Assembly (NCBI RefSeq): GCF_000354175.2
Contig: NC_022359.1
Span: 1,140,001-1,172,000, forward strand
Reading direction: 5' to 3'
Source: Vibrio alginolyticus NBRC 15630 = ATCC 17749
Lineage (GTDB): Bacteria; Pseudomonadota; Gammaproteobacteria; Enterobacterales; Vibrionaceae
DNA length: 32,000 bases
Positions 27,630 through 32,000 of this stretch are shown here, piece by piece. The notes beneath the pieces were generated by a model. It was not told where the DNA came from. It saw only the letters and a list, made by a program, of their open reading frames with translations, and searched no databases. Made by a program: the position numbers and the translations under genes. The first letter of the stretch is position 1. The number at the start of each line of letters is the position of its first letter.

Positions 27630-28754
27630 CTATGCGTATCGACGAACCATAAGGTTCCAACTACGCTGCTGCCGTTCGAACTCTGCTTTAATTTGCTGGT
27701 ACTTCATTTTCGTTACAGAACATTCGTATTTTTTTACCACACTGGCAGTTTTGGCACCGAGTACTTCTTTGCGCATCTCGTAGTATTCCTGCATGTGATG
27801 AACTAAAGTATCAAACTCGTGCTGTAGCTGATCGAGGATTGTTTGCGTGTTCGGTTTCGATTCTAGCTTTTCTCTTGCTTTCTTCAAAAGTTGACTCGCA
27901 CGGGCTTTTTCAATTCTAAATGTAGGCGTTGTGCGCAACTTAGATGTGAGTCCTAGCCAAGAACATGACTTTATCAACCACTTCGTTGGGTCGTAATGCC
28001 ACCAATACACGCCATTGCGATAGTCATTCTCGAAAATATGATGGAAATTATGGTAACCCTCTCCAAATGTGAAAAAGGCGAGTACACCATTATCGCGAGC
28101 AGTGTTTTTGTCTGTGAAAGTTTGCTTACCCCAAATATGTGCGAGGGAGTTAATGAAAAAAGTCGTATGGTGACTCATAAAGAGTCGAGCCGCACCAACG
28201 ACCAATAACATCCCCCAGATATCACCGTAGATCAGTCCGAGCATGACTGGGAAACCAATATTAGTCAGTAGGGCAAGTGGAACATAATACTTATGCTGCC
28301 ACATGACGATTTTGTCGCGCTTTAGGTCACGGCAGTTTGTATATTCGTTTTCCTTTGATTTATTGTAATCACGTAACATCCACCCAATGTGAGAATACCA
28401 AAAACCCCGCTTGGCTGAGTACGGATCTTTATCGTTATTGTCGACATGTTTGTGATGCACACGATGATCAGAAGACCAATGTAATGCACTATTTTGCAAA
28501 GAAAATGCTCCTCCAATCGCAAAAATGGCGCGCAAAATAGGATGAGCTTCGTATGTTTTGTGGCTCCAGAGACGATGATAGCCTGCTGTAATAGAAAGGT
28601 TAGTAAAACTAAATGCAATCACTCCCCAAATTAGATGTTCCCAACCCAGTCCAAAATGATATGCATACCAAGGCATTACAATAAAAGTTAGAACAAAACT
28701 GGCAGAAAATATTAATGTATTCAACCAGATAACAGGTGGTTTGTTTTGAGTCAC
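27630..28754 (-). CDS. Membrane fatty-acid (acyl-CoA/acyl-lipid, delta-9 type) desaturase
   Basis: Three histidine boxes (HRLWSH, HRVHHKHVD, HNFHH) and N-terminal TM pairs. GTG start with an aggga SD 7 nt upstream. Confidence 0.9.
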   Translation of the reverse strand: MTQNKPPVIWLNTLIFSASFVLTFIVMPWYAYHFGLGWEHLIWGVIAFSFTNLSITAGYHRLWSHKTYEAHPILRAIFAIGGAFSLQNSALHWSSDHRVHHKHVDNNDKDPYSAKRGFWYSHIGWMLRDYNKSKENEYTNCRDLKRDKIVMWQHKYYVPLALLTNIGFPVMLGLIYGDIWGMLLVVGAARLFMSHHTTFFINSLAHIWGKQTFTDKNTARDNGVLAFFTFGEGYHNFHHIFENDYRNGVYWWHYDPTKWLIKSCSWLGLTSKLRTTPTFRIEKARASQLLKKAREKLESKPNTQTILDQLQHEFDTLVHHMQEYYEMRKEVLGAKTASVVKKYECSVTKMKYQQIKAEFERQQRSWNLMVRRYA

Positions 28755-29025
28755 AGGTGTATCCCTAACTTTGAGCTAACAACTGTTCGCCAGAATATCA
28801 GCGTACACATGTAAGTCAAATTAAAGTTAGACAAATGTGATGATTCCTTTGGGTGTAGATTAAGGAACTTGATGGGATATTTTGCTTTTAATTGAATAAT
28901 GAGTAGTATTAAAAAATGAGCTCTGGCTTAAGGTGTATAAAATCTGCCAAGAAACAAGTGTTATAAAGGTGGAATATACCGAGACTCTATAAAGAAGCAA
29001 AAATGTAAGAAAATAGGAATACGTA

Positions 29026-29574
29026 ATGGATTTACGATTAGCGGAATATAAGGACTACGAGCGCATTGCGCATCTTCATGCGGATAGCTGGAAGCGTCAT
29101 TACCGTGGCATTCTTAGTGATAACTATCTTGAGAAAGAAGCGATTGACGACAAACTACTGATTTGGCAAACCCGTTTGACCAACCCACCATTCAATCAGC
29201 ACATTGTCTTGGCGGAGGAGGGAGGTTTGCTACTTGGCTTTGTTTGTGTGTTCGGCAACCATGATTTCGAGCGTGGAACCTTTATTGACGCATTGCATGT
29301 TGATGACAGTTACCGTGGTCGTGGGATTGGTAAGCAGCTATTACTTGCTGTCGCAGAATGGCAACAGCAGTACTTTAAAGACACAGGTCTTTATTTAGAA
29401 GTTGTGTCGCAAAACATTTCTGCGATTGAATTCTATCGCCACATTGGTGGTCAAGAGGATCAAGAGCGAACTTGGCGCGCACCTGATGGCAAAGAGGTGT
29501 TAGAAAAAGTATTCCGTTGGAAGAACGCCCAGTCATTAGTTAGTGGGATTGAGGAAAACGTGATTTACTCCTAA
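29026..29574 (+). CDS. GNAT-family N-acetyltransferase
   Basis: Motif A is present (LHVDDSYRGRGIGKQLL). At 182 aa it is typical GNAT size. Confidence 0.85.
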   Translation: MDLRLAEYKDYERIAHLHADSWKRHYRGILSDNYLEKEAIDDKLLIWQTRLTNPPFNQHIVLAEEGGLLLGFVCVFGNHDFERGTFIDALHVDDSYRGRGIGKQLLLAVAEWQQQYFKDTGLYLEVVSQNISAIEFYRHIGGQEDQERTWRAPDGKEVLEKVFRWKNAQSLVSGIEENVIYS

Positions 29575-29598
29575 CCTAGCGTTCTAAAACATTAGATA

Positions 29599-29626
29599 AG
29601 AGCAGTCTCAACACTGCTCTTTTTTG
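29599..29626 (+). terminator. Rho-independent terminator of the GNAT gene
   Basis: agagcagt (29599-29606), loop ctcaac, actgctct (29613-29620), then T5. Confidence 0.75.
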
Positions 29627-29663
29627 TTTATGCACCCTAACGTTATGTTTTAATGAAAGCTTT

Positions 29664-30281
29664 CTAGAAGTTAACCCCCATGGCTTTTAGTTCGAGCTCA
29701 CATTGCTGAGCATTTTCAAACTGAATAGCAGCCATGCCAACTGCTCGGGCACCTTCAACATTGTAAGGCATGTCATCAAGAAATACTGTCTCTTCGGGGT
29801 TAAGCTGATACTTTGAAAGTAGAGTTTGGTAGATCTCCGCTTGTGGTTTTAGTAATTGAACTTCAGAAGAGATGATTGCTCCATCAAACAGTGGCCAAAA
29901 CTCATAGGTAGTACGAAGATGTTCCACAATTTCGTTGATGTTGTCTGTGAGCGCATATACGCCATATCCGGCTCTTTTTACTCGTTTTAACAGCTCTATA
30001 CTGCCGTAAAGTAATATTTGAGTGTGTTTTACATAATAAAAGAAGCGGTCCATTTCTTCCGTCGTTACTTGGTGTTCACGTTGATAACGCTGTTTTGCTT
30101 CCCTTTCGGAGATCGTCCCTTTATTTAAATCTTTCCAGATTTGTGATGAAAATAGCATCTGAGCCATTTTCTCTGATTCTACGGAACCACCAAATGTTAA
30201 GCGAACGATTTCTACTGGAGACCAGCGTACCAACACATTACCTACATCAAAAATGACATTTTTTATCTGGACAGAATTCAT
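29664..30281 (-). CDS. HAD-superfamily hydrolase (subfamily IA-like)
   Basis: Motif I-like FDVGNVL, motif II YALTDN, motif IV FLDDMPYNVEGA. ATG 30281 is the likely start. The track start at 30293 is a TTG. Confidence 0.85.
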   Translation of the reverse strand: MNSVQIKNVIFDVGNVLVRWSPVEIVRLTFGGSVESEKMAQMLFSSQIWKDLNKGTISEREAKQRYQREHQVTTEEMDRFFYYVKHTQILLYGSIELLKRVKRAGYGVYALTDNINEIVEHLRTTYEFWPLFDGAIISSEVQLLKPQAEIYQTLLSKYQLNPEETVFLDDMPYNVEGARAVGMAAIQFENAQQCELELKAMGVNF

Positions 30282-30644
30282 AACACACCCCAAGCCAATT
30301 GTTCTTCACCACGCTATATGCGGTGAGTGCTGTTTTTGAATCGTTGGAAAGTCGTGCCAAAGGCGCGACTTAAGTTTCTTACACAAAATGAGATTAACAT
30401 CCAATTGGATACAGAGCGATTATCGCAAAATTGCACTAAACTATATGCAACTTTGTTTATTTGGTTGTAAATCAAGTGTAGCTGTCTTAAAAGATTGAAA
30501 CTAAAGATAAGTATTGCGAGCTGTTTACGTCATTTCGCGCTGCTTATAAATGATGATTAATATATAATTAGTTAATAATAAAACGATAAAAGTGAATCAA
30601 AATCACACTATTGTGCGTCAGGCGGAGTAAGCAAAACAGATTAT

Positions 30645-32000
30645 ATGGACTCGATACGTAAGGTTTATCAATATGCAGAACCAAACCTAACTCTCGTTGG
30701 CTGGATGGGGTTTCTTGGCTTTCCGCTGTACTACTTTGTCTGGGAGTTTGCCTTTCCACAGGCTTATGAAAATTTACCTCTTAGATTGTTTTGCTCGTTA
30801 TTGTTTTTCGGCATCATTTTTAGAAACCGCTTATCATCGACTTGGAGAGATTATGTTCCTATTTACTACCAAGTGACGATAACGCTGTGCTTACCGTTTT
30901 TCTTTTTTTATATGTTACTGATGAATGACTGGTCCAATGTATGGGTTATGTCGTTTATGTCTGCAATTTTCTTACACATTTTACTGGTTCATGTTACTAG
31001 GGTCATGTTTGCTCAAACCTTTGCTGGGATAGGTTTAGCAACATTCTTCGCTTGGGTTGCAAAAGGGTTCCATCTTGACTTGACCATGGATTGGACTCAT
31101 GTGCCAATCTTTCTGTTTATTTATGTCTTCGGTAATTTGTTCTATTTTCGTAACCAAGTTGAACATGAAGCGAAAGTCTCGCTGGCAAAATCATTCGGGG
31201 CAGGGATCGCACATGAAATGCGTAACCCGTTGAGTGGGCTTTGCACTTCAATAGATGTTATCCAGTCGATCTTGCCCAACATGAAAGAGGCAGGAAAAGA
31301 GCAGTACGTCATGAGTGTAGAGGATGTCACCTTATTACGTGAAGTGAGTCAGGATGCAATGAACATTATCCAATCGGGTAATGAAACCATCGATTTATTG
31401 CTGACTTCGATTGATGAAAATCGAGTTTCTCGTTCTAGCTTCAAAAAATATTCAGTTCACTCGGTCGTTGAACAGGCAATTGAAAGCTTCAGTTATAAAC
31501 GTGCCACTGATCGATTTGCCATATCGCTGGATGCGAGAAGTGAGTTTGAGTTTCTAGGTAGTGATACATTACTTAAATACGTTATGTATAACCTCTTCAA
31601 GAATGCCTTCCATCACCGTAAATCTGAAGATTTTCACATACATGTATCCATGATAAGTTCAGAACGCTTTAATCAAATTGTTGTAACCGATAATGGTGCT
31701 GGCATTGCTCCTGATGTTCTACGCAATATCTTTCAAGACTTTTACACCACTGGCAAATCAGGAAGTTATGGTTTGGGTCTACCGTTTTGTAAAAAAGTCA
31801 TGCGTTCATTTGGGGGGAACATTGAGTGTCAATCTCAGTTAGGGGAGTGGTCTCAATTTACGTTAACTTTCCCACTAACGACATCTGATACCGTTACTGA
31901 AATCAAAAACGATCTGACTAAACTCAAAACCATTCTAACGGTGACTAGCCAAGATATCTTGGTGTCTAAAGTAACAGATATTAGCCGTTTTATGGGCTTT
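30645..32000 (+). CDS. cqsS: CAI-1 quorum-sensing receptor hybrid kinase CqsS, 3' end cut by the window edge
   Basis: This ORF is absent from the track because it has no stop in the window. My translation from ATG 30645 gives MDSIRKVYQYAEPNLTLVGWMGFLGFPLYYFVWEFAFPQAYENLPLR..., six TM segments, H-box GIAHEMRNPLSG, LLLTSIDENRVS, N-box LFKNAFHH, G1 DNGAGI and G2 GSYGLGLPFCKKVM. It closely resembles V. harveyi and V. cholerae CqsS as I recall them. Confidence 0.85.
   Translation, partial: MDSIRKVYQYAEPNLTLVGWMGFLGFPLYYFVWEFAFPQAYENLPLRLFCSLLFFGIIFRNRLSSTWRDYVPIYYQVTITLCLPFFFFYMLLMNDWSNVWVMSFMSAIFLHILLVHVTRVMFAQTFAGIGLATFFAWVAKGFHLDLTMDWTHVPIFLFIYVFGNLFYFRNQVEHEAKVSLAKSFGAGIAHEMRNPLSGLCTSIDVIQSILPNMKEAGKEQYVMSVEDVTLLREVSQDAMNIIQSGNETIDLLLTSIDENRVSRSSFKKYSVHSVVEQAIESFSYKRATDRFAISLDARSEFEFLGSDTLLKYVMYNLFKNAFHHRKSEDFHIHVSMISSERFNQIVVTDNGAGIAPDVLRNIFQDFYTTGKSGSYGLGLPFCKKVMRSFGGNIECQSQLGEWSQFTLTFPLTTSDTVTEIKNDLTKLKTILTVTSQDILVSKVTDISRFMGF

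Noticed and set aside
30591-30607. aGTGAatcaaaaTCACa upstream of cqsS, resembling a CRP box.
   Set aside because: The half-sites are separated by 7 nt rather than the required 6, so it is not a canonical CRP site.
1-32000. Mobile elements, CRISPR arrays, tRNA/rRNA genes, integron attC/VCR repeats, toxin-antitoxin or known phage-defence gene sets.
   Set aside because: No transposase, integrase or Cas-like ORFs appear in the track. I found no spaced direct-repeat arrays and no cloverleaf-like or rRNA-like segments by eye. My reading cannot exclude small, degenerate elements.

Overview
The window reads as ordinary Vibrio chromosomal DNA, probably Harveyi-clade-like. That placement rests on my recognising the TorS and CqsS protein sequences, not on a search. 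I saw no tRNA or rRNA genes, CRISPR arrays, transposases, integrases or phage genes.

Gene order:
- 5'-truncated torS hybrid kinase (+)
- Minus-strand unit: receiver-less winged-helix regulator, then fatty-acid cis/trans isomerase (cti, split by a frameshift), then a 63-aa acidic ORF
- Sulfatase locus: Cys-type sulfatase, LysR regulator, Ser-type sulfatase paralog, radical-SAM/SPASM anaerobic sulfatase maturase
- Six-gene translationally coupled operon: MoxR, DUF58, DUF4381, VWA, VWA/TPR, BatD (Bat-type)
- Stand-alone RibD-type deaminase domain
- LysR regulator with YegS-like lipid kinase
- Outer-membrane beta-barrel protein with YgiW/BOF protein
- FAN1-like VRR-NUC nuclease
- OFA-family MFS transporter
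- 118-aa membrane protein
- DcuC
- Acyl-CoA/lipid desaturase
- GNAT acetyltransferase
- HAD hydrolase
- 3'-truncated cqsS

I found no unambiguous new system. The best candidates for a second look are:
1. The mechanistically unexplained MoxR/VWA/BatD operon.
2. The Cys/Ser sulfatase pair, which has different export signals and a single maturase.
3. The frameshifted cti with its upstream orphan wHTH and downstream coupled small ORF.
4. The FAN1-like nuclease, which sits directly behind a terminator with no visible promoter or Shine-Dalgarno (SD).

All functional calls come from motif and family recognition by eye. No database search was run.
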